Counted from the stretch's first letter, positions 45,328 to 59,046 are shown. The stretch is 64,000 nucleotides of DNA from Psammoneis japonica (GCA_008632985.1 QPGO01000006.1:62001-126000); one strand, 5' to 3'. Numbers and translations: made by a program. The notes: generated by a model from the sequence alone, not told the origin.

Positions 45328-47056
45328 TTAAGCAGGAAAATGTCTGACGTGTCTTCATGTCTCACGGATTTCATTTGTGAAAATGACAAACACTGCATTT
45401 GCGGTCAAACACAGAAACAAAATCACTTGGATTCGTTGGCAATGCAATGCTCGTGGAAACAATGCGAAAAACAATGAACACTGGATGTGCGCGCTGCGCG
45501 ATTTTGATTAGATCAGCGATGCCTGCAAATGTTTTCATTCTGCACAAAATTCCTGTAGAAACTCTCGTACAAGAAAAATCGCACGTCTGTTTTCCATCCG
45601 CCAATTTACAGATCAGCCAATTTCATGTTCAGCGGCTGTCTCTTGCGGCCTCGCATCATCACTGCACGCGAGAAATCCAGCAATCCGTTTGTTTTTCCCA
45701 GTGATCAGCGTTTTTTCTGGAACAATGTGCTGGATTGGAATTTTTTAATGGATTGATTGCTGGATGAGGCATTTTGGGTAAAATGATGACCCAATTGCTG
45801 GGACATTCCAGAAAACGACCTTTTTTTACCGGAGTTGTTTCTGGATGCCTTGCATCGTCCGTTTTTCCGTTGGATGACGCGACAATGTCAACGGTCATCA
45901 TTGCGCACCTGTGCTTGCACCATGATGACAAAAGCTGCAGCCTCATTCTTTGTCTCTTTCGTTGCTGTGTTCCGTTTGATGCAAACAATGACAGAATGAC
46001 AAAGCGTTGGCTCTGCAAGCATTTTTTATTTCTTTGGCTGTCAGTGCATCTTCGATGAGGGCGAGTTGTTGCACCATCATGCCGTGCAGCGAGCGAGAAC
46101 ATGCGCAGCGGCATGGATGTGGCGACTCCCTGGCCTTCAATGACAGAGCATGGAACACCTGTTTTTGTCATCTTCTTCATGGATGGTGAGTGAATGTTTT
46201 GAGGCGGATCGTGCTCTGCTCTCACATTGTGTGCTTGCCAGCCCCGTCGTGTTCTCTCCATGTCTTCATGTGGCGCGCCCACATGCTTCACTCCGCAGCG
46301 AGGCAAGCATTGTGGTGATTGATGGCCCTGTTCCACCCAAGTTCCCAAGAAAGCCATCTCCTGAGCTTTTGTTTTTCGCGCATTGTGGTGGTCCCCTTCT
46401 CTCATGGCAAGGATCTACGATGGTGCACACATCCGCGGGGCTCCGTGCTTCTGCGTTCCGTTGTGCACACGGCGGACGCAGTGATTGGCATCTCCCCACC
46501 ACCAATGCATCCAAGAAAGACCGTGGTCATGCCACACTTTTTTCATCAGTGGGAGCTACATCGGTCCATCGGTCCAATGATTTGCGTCAGCCGATGCGAG
46601 TGCAGTGTCGCTCCATCCTTGTCCCCATCCGCGGTGGCGGTGTCACGCAACGTGACGATTGATGCCACACATCTGCCTCACCTTCTGGCTCTCCCAACTC
46701 TTGGTCTGTCACCCAGAGGACTGCTGTGCCTTCATCAGCTTGTCCCACAGCATTTGTCCATCGTCTGATTTGGGCGGTGCACCGAGTGAAGCTCTGTGCG
46801 GAGGCCCCACTGACGAACCTTCTAGTGCCATCCCTCTGATGATGCGTGCCAAGCCAATGTCCAACCGGCGAATCTAGTGTGGCACCGTCTTTTTCCTCAT
46901 CAACAGCACACCCAGTGACGTTCCCACATTGTTGCCCTTTGCTCGTTGGATCCCTTTCAGTTGTGATGATGAACTCGGTTCCTCTAGGACGCAAAATGTG
47001 CATGGTGCGCACCAAACTGTTGTGTGTCATTTGTTTTGCCAGTTCTCACACATTTT

Positions 47057-47608
47057 CTAACACGTGTGGCATGCTTTTGGCTTTGCAATTTCCCCTGCGC
47101 AGTCCATCTCCCTCCACTCCGAGGTCACAACATGGCAATCTCTTGGTGATTCATCATCTGGACTTGTGATGTGCTCTTTTAGCCGCGGCAAGAAGAGGCA
47201 CTTGTGGAGAATGTCTTCTGCCGTGAAGTCGCCGCATGCATTGTCACAGACCGCCGCCGCAGTGCACTCTGTCCACCCAAAGTGCGTTGCCCCGAAAATT
47301 TCCTCTCCCTCATCTTGCACACGTTCAATCTCAATGTGCCTTTCTCCTTTTACAGGAATCCCATGCTTGCCGTTACGAAGACACAAAACAGACAGCGGCT
47401 TGTGTTTCCGAAGAGAAGCTCGAGCTTCCTCCTCATCCTTGCACAGGTGACAGGGCTTGCAGCGGATTCTTTCTTTGTAAGCATCTGAACCATTGTCGTC
47501 AGTGCCGTTGCAATCGTCTGCTTCATCTTCATCAAACTCGACCTCAACTTGTTCTGTTTCGCCTTCGCCCTCGCCTCCATCTTCCTCCATCTTGGTTGGC
47601 TCTGACAC
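47057..47608 (-). pseudogene. Coding relic, possibly the C-terminal part of a transposon protein
   Basis: Acidic tract followed by a globular-looking segment (CLFLPRL...DCHVVTSEWREMD) in a TA-poor block. Family not assigned. Confidence 0.3.
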
Positions 47609-48149
47609 TCTCTTTTTTACACCCTAGGGTGCAAATTTGACAGCGAGTGAAGGAAACATCAAGGGTGTGTCATGCTTGAACAACAACACATCACTTGCTG
47701 GGAGGGTGTCTCGCGTCATTCCCACTCTGACGCAGGTGAGTGTTCTCGTCTAGATTCAGTTTTTGTTGTTGAGAGTTGGCCCAGACACTCTCTTCCAGAC
47801 ACCCTAGAATGCAAATTTGACAGAGTGCAGGAAACATCAAGGCCATGTCATGCTTGAATGACAATGCAAAGGTCACAGAGAAGGGTGCGGATCGGGATTG
47901 TTTTGTTGTGGGAGTCGCGTTGAGTTGTTCAGGAGTGCCAGTGCATCAAATGTGTTGAAACATTAAATCTAAATGACTGACAAAGTTCTGTGCATTTGCT
48001 CTAGATGACTGCCACAGAATGGTTTCCATTGTTTGCTGCCACAGAGAGGAGCTGCCATTTGCTGCGGAATTTGCTGTGAAGTGTGTCTGTTGATGAGAGT
48101 GGGCGGAGAAAGTCATGGCCGCGGCGGCTGTCACTCCACATAGATTGAT

Positions 48150-48890
48150 GGCACCAACCAACCCAACAACTGCAGCCAGAGCACATTGGGGGTCTTTGGT
48201 GGACCCCAGGCAGGCTTTGAGAACTGTGGTTGATGCTTTCAAGGCCACTCTGGCACAGTTGTTGCCCCAGTCACTTTACACCACAATGAGGGTGAGACTT
48301 GAAATCCCAACTCCACAGTGAAAGAATGCCATGAGTGCACCAGCCAACCCAACAACTGCAGCCAGAGGGCACTGGGTGCCTTTGGTGGACCCCATGCAAT
48401 GCTTTGAGAACTGCGGTTGAGAGTTGCAAGGCCACCCTGGCTCAGCTGTGGCCCATGTTGCTTCAGCCCACACCACACCAAGGGCGAGACTTGAAATCCC
48501 AAGTCCACAGTGAAAGGACACCATGAGTGCACCAAACAATCCAACAACTGCAGTCAGAGGGCATTGAGGGTCTTTGGTGGACCCAAGGGGACACTTTGAG
48601 AGCTGTGATTTTGAGAGTTGCAAGGCCAGCACCCTGGCTCAGCTGTGGCCCCGGCCGTGTCACTTCACACTGGGCCCATGCCAAGGGTGAGACTTGAAAC
48701 CCCAACTCTGCAGTGGAAGGATGCCATGAATGCACCAACCAAGAACCCAACAACTGCAGCCAGAGGGCATGGGGGTCTTTGGCAGTTCCCAGGGAACACT
48801 TTGAGAACTCTGTGGTTGAGTTTTGCAAGGCTGTTCTGGTGCAGTTGTTGCCCCCATGTCACTTCACACCACTCCAAGGGTGAGACTGGA
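48150..48890. repeat. Satellite family 1, about 190-bp unit, four copies
   Basis: gcacca...ccaacaactgcagccagag...gtctttggtggaccc...ctttgagaactg...gagacttgaaatcccaa recurs near 48151, 48337, 48529 and 48732. Confidence 0.85.
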
Positions 48891-48929
48891 TGAGCACCTC
48901 AATTGTGTCACAAAAAAGTCATCAGCTGA

Positions 48930-50135
48930 GAGCTCTGGCCATTTTGCTGTTCTCCTTGGGTGGATTTTAAGAGCTTTCAATGTGGTTGGCTTGGTTCATC
49001 TGGTGTTGTTTTGGCCCAACATTGCCCAAGACCAGCACAAGACAGACTTGATCACTTCATTTGGACAATGGATGAACACCTCAGTGCAACAAACTGACTG
49101 TGCAGTTGTCAACCAAGGGTTCTGGCCTGCTCACTGTGTCCCTGAGCTGGTTTTTAAGAGCATTGATTGTGGTCAGAAAGGTTCATCTGTCGTTGTTTGG
49201 GTCAAAATCTTGCTCAAAGCTGGCAACAGACAGACTCATTTTTTGTCTGCTGGACAATGGATGGGTGCCTCAAGCATGGCAAATGAACCAAACAGCAGTT
49301 GCTTGCAGAGGGCTCCAGACAACTCAATGTGACCCAGGGGTGGACTTCAAGAGTGGTGGTTGGCTTGGCTCATCTTGTGTTGCAGTGTTGGCCCAACATC
49401 AGCACCCCAGCAGTCTGCAGACAGACTCATTTTCTGTCTGGACAATGGACAGATGCCTCAAGCATGGCAAACAAACCAAACAGCAGTCATTTGCTTGTGG
49501 AGGGCTCCAGATGACTCAATGTGACACAGGGGTTGACTTCAAGAGTGGCAGCTGGCTTGGCTCATCTTGTGATGCAGTGTTGGCCCAACATCACCCCAGC
49601 AGTCTGCAGACAGACTCATTTTCTGTCTAGACAATGGACAGATGCCTCAAGCATGGCAAATGAACCAAACAGCAGTTGCTTGCAGAGGGCTCCAGACAAC
49701 TCAATGTGACCCAGGGGTGGACTTCAAGAAAGGTGGTTGGCTTGGCTCATCTTGTGTTGCAGTGTTGGCCCAACATCACCCCAGCAGTCTGCAGACAGAC
49801 TCATTTCCTGTCTGGACAATGGACAGATGCCTCAAGCATGGCAAACAAACCAAACAGCAGTCAGTTGCTTGCAGAGGGCTCCAGACAACTCAATGTGACC
49901 CAGGGGTGGACTTCAAAAGTGGCACTTGGCTTGGCTCATCTTGTGTTGTTGTTTTGGCAAAACATCACCCCCCAGCAGTCTGCAGACAGACTTGTTTTCT
50001 GTGTCTGGACAACACACACCAAACAGTTGCCAGCAAAGGGCTCCAGCCAACTCAATGTGACCCAGGAGTTGACTTCAAAAGCGGCACTTGGCTTGGCTCA
50101 TCTTGTGTTGTTGTTTTGGCCAAACATCACCCCAA
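48930..50135. repeat. Satellite family 2, about 188-bp unit; degenerate relatives at about 52250-52900
   Basis: caactcaatgtgacccaggggtggacttcaa...ggcttggctcatcttgtg...gcagacagactcattt...ggacaatgg repeated at least five times. Confidence 0.9.
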
Positions 50136-50219
50136 TCTGGGATCTGGTGCAGATGCCTCCTCCTCTTCCTCACTCAAGAACACTGTTTGCATCCAAAGGA
50201 CCAACATCTTGAAGGGTTG

Positions 50220-52150
50220 AGCACAGTTTAGGTGGCTTGCTCAACTGCAGTTGTGGTGGCAAAGCAGCCTCCTCTGGGAAGTGTGCAAGGCAATTTGCCT
50301 GGTTGTGGTGGCAGAGCAGCCTCTGTGAGTGCAGAGCTGCACATTGGCCAGGTGTCAGCCAGCAGAAAAGTCACTTGTGACAAAGAGTTTGCAGCTTTTT
50401 CTTTTGAGCACACTCTTCATGTCCCAAGACACAACCTCAATGTGTTGAGCACAGTTTGGGTGGTTTGCTTGACTCTGCAGTTGTGTTGGCACCAGAGCAA
50501 AGTCTGGGAAGCATGTGGAGAAACCTGGTGGCACCAAGGTTTTGGCTGCCAGAAAAAGTTGCTTCTGCCAAACCTTTTGCACTCTCAGCTTCTGAGCACA
50601 CTCTTCACATCTCAATGCACAAACTCAAATGTTTGAGCACAGTTTGGGACGCGTTCCAGCCCTAGGTGGGACTCCGTGTGACATTTGGCCCGTAGAATTC
50701 TACGTGCGAGCTCCGTAGTACGAGAATTTAATTAATGGATATATTTATCTTCAACATCAAATAAACGGCCAAGTTTGTGGTACAATTATGCCTCTTACCA
50801 CTCGACGTTTTTGCAAATGCACCTGCCCTACGCGATTCTTAAGACATTATAGAATCGCGCTGTAACAAAAAATGTCAAAAGTTTTTGGACGGATCGCTCA
50901 ATAAGTGTACCGTAAAATGACACAAAATATCAAAAAATCACGTAGAATTCTACGTGCGCGACATACGACGAGATTCAAAAAACTATCGATGTCACAGTTC
51001 AGTAGTACGAGGTCCCACCTAGACCTGGAACGCGTCTTGGGTGGGTTTCTTGGTTGTGGTTGTGCTGGCAGAGCAGCCTCTGGGTGTGCAGAGAACCCTG
51101 GTGGTGAGGTGTCAGCCAGCAGAAAAAGTCACTTCTGCACAAGTGTTTGCAATCTTGTCTGCTGAGCTTGCACTCTGTCCATGTCCCAAGGGACTGTCTC
51201 AAAGGGCTGAGCACAGTTTGGTTGGTTTGGTGGGGAGTGTGGCTGTGGAGCTCGAGCAAAGTCTGGGGAGCCTGCAGAGAAACCTGGTGGCACCAAAGTT
51301 TTGGCCACCAGAAAAAGTCACTTTTGCCAAACCTTTTGCACTCTCACCTTCTGAGCACAATCTTCACATCTCAATGCACAATCTTGAAGGCTTGGGCACA
51401 GTTTGGGTGGGTTTTTTGGATGTGGTTGTGCTGGCAGAGCTGCCTCTGGGTGTGCAGCAGAGAATCCTGGTGGCGGTGAAGTGTCAGCAAGCAGAAAAAA
51501 TCACTTCTGCCAAGTGTTTGCAGTCTTGTCTTCTGAGCTCACTGTCCATGTCCCAAGGAACAGTCTCAAAAGGCTGAGCACAGTTTGGGCAATTTGGTGG
51601 AGTGTGGCTGTGGAACTGGAGCAAAGACTGGGCAGCCTGCAGAGAAACCTGCGGTGGCACCAAAGTTTTGGCCACCAGAAAAAGCAACTTCTGCCAATTC
51701 TTTTGCACTCTCAGCTTCTGAGCACACTCAATCTCAAAGGCTTGGACACAGTTTGGGTGGGTTTTTTGGCTGTGGTTGTGCTGGCAGAGCAGCCTCTGGG
51801 TGTGCAGAGAACCCTGGTGGTGAAGTGGCTCTGTCAGCCAGCAGAAAAAATCACTTGTGCTAAAGTTTTTGCAGTCTTGTCTTCTGAGCTCACTGTCCAT
51901 GTCCCAAGGAATGGTCTCAAAGGGCTGAGCACAGATTGGGCTGGTTCTTTCTTGACTGAGGTTGTGGTGGCAGGGCAGCCTCTGTGTGTGCAGAGTTCTT
52001 GTTGTGTGATGGCCAGGTGTCAGCCAGTGGAAAAAGTTGCTTCCAACTGATGCAACAAATGGTTTGCACCCCAAGCTTCTGAGCACACTCTTCTGTCCCC
52101 AGGCACAATCCCAAAGCATTGAAGAACAAGTGTTGGCCAGCAGCAGAAAA
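50220..52150. repeat. Satellite family 3, about 350-bp unit, interrupted by a MITE
   Basis: gcacagtttgggtggg...gtgctggcagagcagcctctgggtgtgcag...gtcagccagcagaaaaa...catgtcccaagg repeated. Confidence 0.85.
50648..51036. mobile_element. MITE, 389 bp, same family as 29994-30389 in opposite orientation, 4-bp TSD ttgg
   Basis: gacgcgttccagccctaggtggg...cccacctagacctggaacgcgtc, with ttgg at 50644-50647 and 51037-51040. The empty site cacagtttgggtggg is seen in neighbouring satellite units. Confidence 0.93.
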
Positions 52151-54959
52151 AGCTCCCTCTGACAAATTGTCTGCACTCTCAGTTTCCTCCACTCTCACCC
52201 ACAGGCACAAACTTCTTGAGCTGCTGACCACAGCTTGGTTGGGTTGGTTTTAGCCACAATTGTGGAGTGGCAGTTGGCTTGAGTTGTCTTGTGTTGTTTT
52301 GGCTTAACATCACCCCAGCCTGACAGCAGAGGCAGACTTGATCTTTCCATCTGGACAATGGCGGACACCCCAACAAGTCATCAGCTGGGAATTCTGAGGA
52401 CCAACTCACTGTGACCCAGGGGCAGAATTTAAGAGCATTTGTTGTGGTTGGCTTGGCTCATCCTCTGGTGTTTTTTTGGCCCAACATTGCCCCAGACCAA
52501 GAGCAACAAACAAATCAAATGGCCATCAGCTGAGAGTTCTGGCTGACTCACTGTGTGACCCAGAAGCATGCTTTCAAAGTCTGCCCCTTGAGAGAATTCA
52601 TTGCAGTTGCCTTGGCTCATCTGGAGTTTTTTTTTTTTTGGCCTGGCATTGCCCCAGGCTGCAAGCAGATGATTTTCCACCTGGACAACAGATGGGCACC
52701 CCAAGTGTGAGGACAAAGAAACCAAACTTTTGTCAGCTGAGGGGTCTGTCCAGATTGCTGCATCCCTGAGGGTTCCAGCCAATTTGCCAATTTGCTGTGA
52801 CCCAGGGGTGATGGGCTTTAAGATCATTCATTGCAGCTGCCTTGGTTTGTCCTGTGGTGGTGTTTTGGCCACAAGATGCCCCAGCCCAGCAGCAGATGCA
52901 ACAGAACATTCCCCCTTTCAAGTGTTGAACACCTCAAGAGGCAATGAAGTTTGCTGACATGCAGCAACTGTGTTTGCCTTGTTCTTTCCAACCAAAAAGA
53001 ATGTGCAGTTTTTGGAAAAATGGAGGAATTCAACCACACTTGCAATGTTCTGAAACAATGGCAGAGATGGGACACCACATTGCATCAACTCAATGCTGAG
53101 CTTTGGAGACAGACAACCACAGGTTGGCCCTCAGAAAGGCTGGGAAGACAGGTGTTGCTTGAGAGTCATCATCTTTGCACTTGTGCTCTGAGGCACCTTG
53201 CTTCAACCTGGATTCTTTCATTCAGTTTAGTCACAAAATGATCCCAAGGTGAGCTTTGCTTGATTTTTCTTCTTTCAGGGAATTTCCATCAACCACCAAC
53301 AACTTGCCAATTGGAGCGAGCATGCACCACACATGATGCCACTCCTCCAAACATCAAGCACACAAAAGACAAGTGATCCCATCAACTTCAAATGTTTCAA
53401 CAGCTTCTTTGTGCAGCTCTTGACCATTTCTTTCTGTGCAAAACACATGCAAGCCAACAGCACCTGTGTCAGATGGGTTCATTGAGATTGGAGAAGAGGC
53501 AACGTGAGCTCCCCTCCAGAAGTCAGAAAGTCAGCAACAACATCGTCAATTCTGATGCTCTTTGTGAACTTTTGGGTGGAGAATGTTCTCCAAGATGAGG
53601 CCATTTTAGTTGCCTGTCCTTTGTGATCTGATTTGCCCAAGAGTTGTTGGCACTGCAATTGTGGTGGTGAAGATGGGGGCAATGTCCCCCCAAAAGCCAT
53701 CGCAGCTCTTGTGCCCATTGGCTGGGAATCATGTGAAGACATGCCAACTTGCTTTTCTGGCTTTTGTTGTTCCTGCCGGTGATCTGCTCTTGCCTGCTTT
53801 CTTTCCAGGCCCTGGCTCTTTGATCCTTGCCTTCAACTTCTCAATTTCAGCAAACCTGACTTCTCTGCCTTTTTGCCAAGCCAGGTGTCTCTTCTGTTCA
53901 GTGACCCGTCCAAAGACATTTGCCATCTGGCTCCACTTTTGATCTGAAAGACTTGCATCAAGCTGAGCCACCTGCTGCAGGTGCGGGTGCAGTTGGGCAT
54001 CCTTGTCTGAAGCGCCACTCTCCCAGCCTGTGTGCCATCATGAAACACAGTGGCTGATGCCAAGATTTTGTTTGCTGGTGCTCTTTCTGGAAAAATGTTC
54101 TGCTGGCATCCCTTTCACAGTTTGAGGAGTCTGGTGGGTGAGTCAAGAACCCCCCCCCCCCCCCCCCTCTCTGGCACTCCAAGGGACAACCAAATGAAGA
54201 AAGTTGGCAGCAGTGTGTGCCTCCCATCTCTCTGGCTCTGACTCTCATCTGGCTGTTGCCCACATGGGGGCAGTGCTGGCTTGGTGGAGGAGGGTTCCCC
54301 CATCTGCAGAGCCTGGGCATGCCCTCTGGTTCTGGTGCCTTTGTCTGTGTCCAGCCGTGTTTGCCTCACACAAACAATGCAGGGGTGCCAGGCTGAACTT
54401 CGCATTTTTGACAACTCGCCTCCTGTTTGCGCCAGCTGCACATTTTCTGTGGTCACCCACAACATGTGCCCTGTCATCCCTTTGAGCAAACCCACCACAG
54501 ATCACCTTGTGGCAGCAAGTCAAGAGCTCTGGACAGTGCCAAAATGGGTTGTCATCACCGTTCACACATGCTGTGCTGAGACGGGATGTCTTGAGCAGAG
54601 GGGGTCTGGGACGGACGAGCAGCACTCTGTCTTGCCTGCACGTTCCTTGCAACCGTTGAGGGAAGATAAATTAAAATCCTGGTTGAATACACAACTTATT
54701 CAAACGCTCGTCACCCTCGATTTTTGAGAGGTGTCAATACATTCCGCATTGAAAATATCCATGTAATTGGGTATCCACACATTAATACAGATAAACATAA
54801 TTTCAAATTACCAAAATTTTGAATATAAATTTATATGTCCTTGAAAATATAATACTAAATTTTGACCCAAGAAAAACGAAAAACCATCCAAAAAGCACAA
54901 GACCATCATAATCCAAGAAGCAGCTATACCATGGCCTCGGGATCCGTTGTTTGGCCGCA

Positions 54960-55900
54960 GATCCAGGAAAGCACTGTTTGATTTGCTTCAGCAAGTTCAT
55001 TGCATTATTGTTATTGCTGTTGCAGCTATTGAATCTAATTCTTTATGGTGTGCCTTTCATTTATGCAGAGCAAAGGAGAGAGCACGCGACGGTCAAGAGG
55101 CTTCTTTTTCGCGTGGCGTAGCGAACCTCGCTGTCAATAACGTTCCTACTAATAGGAATACGGGAACCCAAGAAATGGAAGAAGGGGTAAGCATAGTTTG
55201 GTGTTGTTATTGCTATTCCAGCTATTGAATCTAATCATTTCGTTTTTGCGTGCTTTTCAATTATGCAGATGGAGGAGCGAGCGACAATAGCCAAGAGGCT
55301 TCTTTGTCACTTGGCATAGTGTACCCCGACGCCAACAACATTACTACTAGTAGGAATACTTGAACCCAAGAAGTGGTAGAGCCCTTCATGGCAGGGGCAG
55401 TGAATGGATGTCGGGGTGAAGTGGACGAAGAGAACAATGTTGACGAAAGGAAGGGCGAAAAAGACGAGATGGCTACAACTCAACATATCAACTAAAAGAA
55501 GACAACAAGGTGAGCAACATCACGTATGTACTGGCTTGGTTTTTCTTGGTATGTATATCCTTTTCCAAGTATCCTCAATAGTTCTGCCTTTTGCGTTTCA
55601 GCGGAGCCGAGAGGAGACGACGCAATAGACCGCAAACGGGAACATTCGGTAAGTCGTTTTAAGAATAGTTCTCTTTTCCTTTTCTGGCGACTCACACCAA
55701 TTGTTCTTCCCTCTTACATACACTGCCACAGAGCATCCGATGAGGTACAAAAGAACAATGTATGCGACCACCATTCTTGCAGCCAGAGCCATAATGAATC
55801 CTTTACGAACAAGTCTCAGGATGATGGCGCGTACTACAAGACGGAGACGCACCTCTAATAGGCCTAGTAGGGCAAGAAAACCGAGGAGACTTGACGATTA
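54960..55900 (+). pseudogene. Spliced gene relic with a duplicated intron-exon unit
   Basis: GTAAG...CTAAT...TGCAG intron at about 55188-55268. cagctattgaatctaat...ttatgcag...caagaggcttcttt...taggaatac...aacccaagaa occurs twice. Further gtatgt/gtaagt...cag pairs and in-frame stops are present. Confidence 0.4.
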
Positions 55901-57479
55901 AAAGTTTGTTTTCTGCATTGAGAATCGCGAACTGCGTGGTGGAGTGCTAGTTTGTTTTTAATTGTATCTTTTAATTGATTCTCTATTGATATCATAGTTG
56001 TCAGTACCGTAGCATTTAAATGCGCTGCACCATAGTTGAGAACAATGCTCTACCAGAAACATAGTCCAGGAATAGAGAGCACCGATTCCTGGTGTTCCAG
56101 AAATGGGCCGTCCCCAGAAGATTGGAGGAACCTTCAAACCCAGAAATGTATGACAGTAATTTGGCGTCCAGGAATGAAAACCAGTAATCTCCGAGAAGGA
56201 CGACCCAGCAATTGACCCAGGAAAAGGTGAAAATTCCAGTAATGTGTCCAGCAAAACCCTGTTTCTCCAGTAATTCCTCCAGAAAACGCGCCATGCCGCA
56301 TCCAAAGTCACGCGCAACGAAGTGCGCGCAGAAAATCCAGAAACAGGAGGAAATTTACTGGAACTTTCGCGTGCAGTGATCCCATGCACCAAATCCAAAA
56401 TAGGCTTACAACATAGGCATGCAACGCATACTCACTTTTTGAATATCGCCTTCATTTTCGACCGATCTCGGTAAACTCAGGGTCGTTTCCGACTAAGTTT
56501 GTTACGTCGGATTCAGCGATGGCACTGAAATGGGCAAAGGTGCTGTCCTTGCGGGTCAAATAACCCGTTTTATAGGCGTGTTTGGGTTACACGACATGGT
56601 CAAAATGCCGAAAAATTGCATTTTCGTCGTCAGCCATCCTCGGTAAGGGCCGACACAAGACCGGAATGCCGAGCTGTAATCGAGGGAGGGGAAGGACATG
56701 CGTGGTTGCATGAAAATGAGAGGTGGTGGTGGTTTTTTTGCCATGTTAGAATTTGGGGAATTGCCAAAATCTACGTTATCACGGCCTTCTTTCCGATTCC
56801 AAGCCTTTTGTGGAGGTCAATAGCAACGCAGAGACTCTTGTTGTTATTGCGGAACAGTTGGTAGCTCGCAAGTGGTTAGAATCTGTCCGAAAGAAACTGT
56901 CCGTATCTCGCAAGAGAGACGTGGAATTGATGCTGATGAATCTTCTCACGAATGATGGGTGGCTATGACGCTCCGACAATGCTCCCCCGTCACCTGAGCA
57001 CCAAGATGCAAATCTGTATGCTAGTTTTGTTCTCGACGTCTCTGAACCTTGGTTTTCCTTTCTTACCGGATCTGCGAGTCTTGTTGCGGGCTCGAGAAGA
57101 AGACTTGTTCAGAAGACACAAGAGAATGATAAGCTTTTGTATGCAATCAAGATGAAGTTGAATCTTACCAAGAAGAGACAACAACCTGGGGACACAAATT
57201 CAGACATGACGAAACAGGAACATTTTGACGACTCATCCATGACGAACGAGGAATGCTCGAAGCTGCGTCGTCGTCTTCAAAACGAAAATGGAACTGTTTT
57301 ATCCAGCTCGACCGATGTGTTTCAGTTCCTGAATGATGCTCGCGGTGTGCTAGATGACTCGACCTTTGACCTTTGACCAGCTTGTTTTGTTGTCCTCGTG
57401 GATCGCCTCCCTCATTGACTTTGACGATTTGCACGATTGTCTACTTGCTTTCAACATTGACCTGTCTCATTGTGTTGTT

Positions 57480-57850
57480 TCTTATGTGTCTGTGACACAG
57501 GCCTTCATTTATCCAATGTCAAGGCTCATCAAAGTAATGGTGGAAGAAAAGGAAACGCGAACGACAGAGACTTTCTTTATCTTGGGCGTTCGCGCCTGGG
57601 TGCACTGGTTGTCTTGGATCATTTCTTCACTTGGTGTTTTCCTCATCATTGCAGTCTTGGTGTCGTATACGCTGAACAAAGGCGTCCTCAAGTATCCATT
57701 GGCGTTCAACTTATTCTGGTTTATTGGACTCTTTTCTCCCGCAACTGTGGGATTTTCCTTTTTCATTGCAGACTTTCTCGCATGTCAAGCTAGCCGCGGT
57801 GATTGGTCCCGTGGCGCGTTTGGCAACCCTCTTGCAGCCAATTTCAGATT
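57480..57850 (+). pseudogene. ABCA-family transporter gene fragment
   Basis: YPMSRLIKVMVEEKETR..E...ILGV..WVHWLSW is the ABCA transmembrane-domain signature. It is frameshifted and has no nucleotide-binding domain. Confidence 0.7.
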
Positions 57851-59046
57851 TCTCGTTCGGCCTCGCTCATCACCATGCACCAAATAGGCTTAAATGTAAC
57901 GGACGCTTGGTTTTATTGGACTCTCAAGACCGAGGGCGGCGCCTTTGCGGAGTGGGATTTTTTGCGTGGACTCCACGAGGGATGGATGACGGTTCCAACG
58001 TCTTCTGCCCAGCAAGAGTTTGGGAACTGTGATGAAATAATGTTGGATACCACGGACAATTATAGCATTTTGCACGAGCATCCCAATGCTTCCTTGCTGT
58101 ATCCCAGCAATTGGCAAGGCGCGGATATTGATGTCGATGATGATGTTGTCATGTCACACGGAGAGTCCTTGTTGACAAAGAACCATACTAATACCAGTTT
58201 TGCTCGTCCTGGAGACGAGCATGATGATTCGGATGATGATGTTCCAGTCAATCATTTCGACAATGACACGACCCCTGTCACCACCAGTCAAACGCCACCA
58301 CACCATCATCATTGGTGCTCGAGGTTTGTTCCTGCACCTTAAACAATCCCACCAAGGAAATGCTCTACCAACCAACCTCGCACGCGATCAAGCACAAGGC
58401 ATAGTCTTGGATTGATACAGTGTCTTTGGTGCACGCGCAAGCAAGCAAGGTAACTGCAAGCTCGTCGCATGCTTGTTGCCTCGAATGTGGTGAAGGATGC
58501 TCACATCTCTATCCCTCAAATCCGATTTACGCAAATGCCTCCTTTGCTCACGCAGCAGTGCAGGTCGAGATTCCTTTTGCCGACAAGATCCATCCCTCAA
58601 CCCGGGGCTAACAGCATTCCATCAACAGCATAACAACTTTTCTCATCGCTAGAGCCAGAGGTCTACCGTCGTTTCATTGGTCGTATGAGTACACAAGCAG
58701 CCGTTCAGCTCTCGTGTCCATCTATTTGTGCTGTTGTCGTTGTCTCGTAAATGTTGATTTGATCTCAACGCGCTGTCGTCCTTTCGGAATCTGGGCCGCA
58801 CCGAGGCCGAACCCGAGGCGGAGGGCTCCGCCCGACCCCGAGGGTGATGCCGAGGTAAAGGGTAAAGGCCCAGATTCCGACAGGACGCTGGGTGCTTTCT
58901 ATGGACAACAACACGAAACAACTACAACCAACTTTGAGTATTCTTACTCATGTGTAAGTCTTTTGTATCACTGCCCATGTTCTCTCTGTAAGGCGACCCT
59001 TTTTTACGTTGATTTGCGTGCACATACTACGAGAAGACATGCCACG

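Noticed and set aside
440..54660. Hundreds of 60-250 aa ORFs in the supplied track
   Set aside because: They overlap in all frames, are Cys/His-rich and Tyr-free, and are explained by loss of TAA/TAG in mutated repeats.
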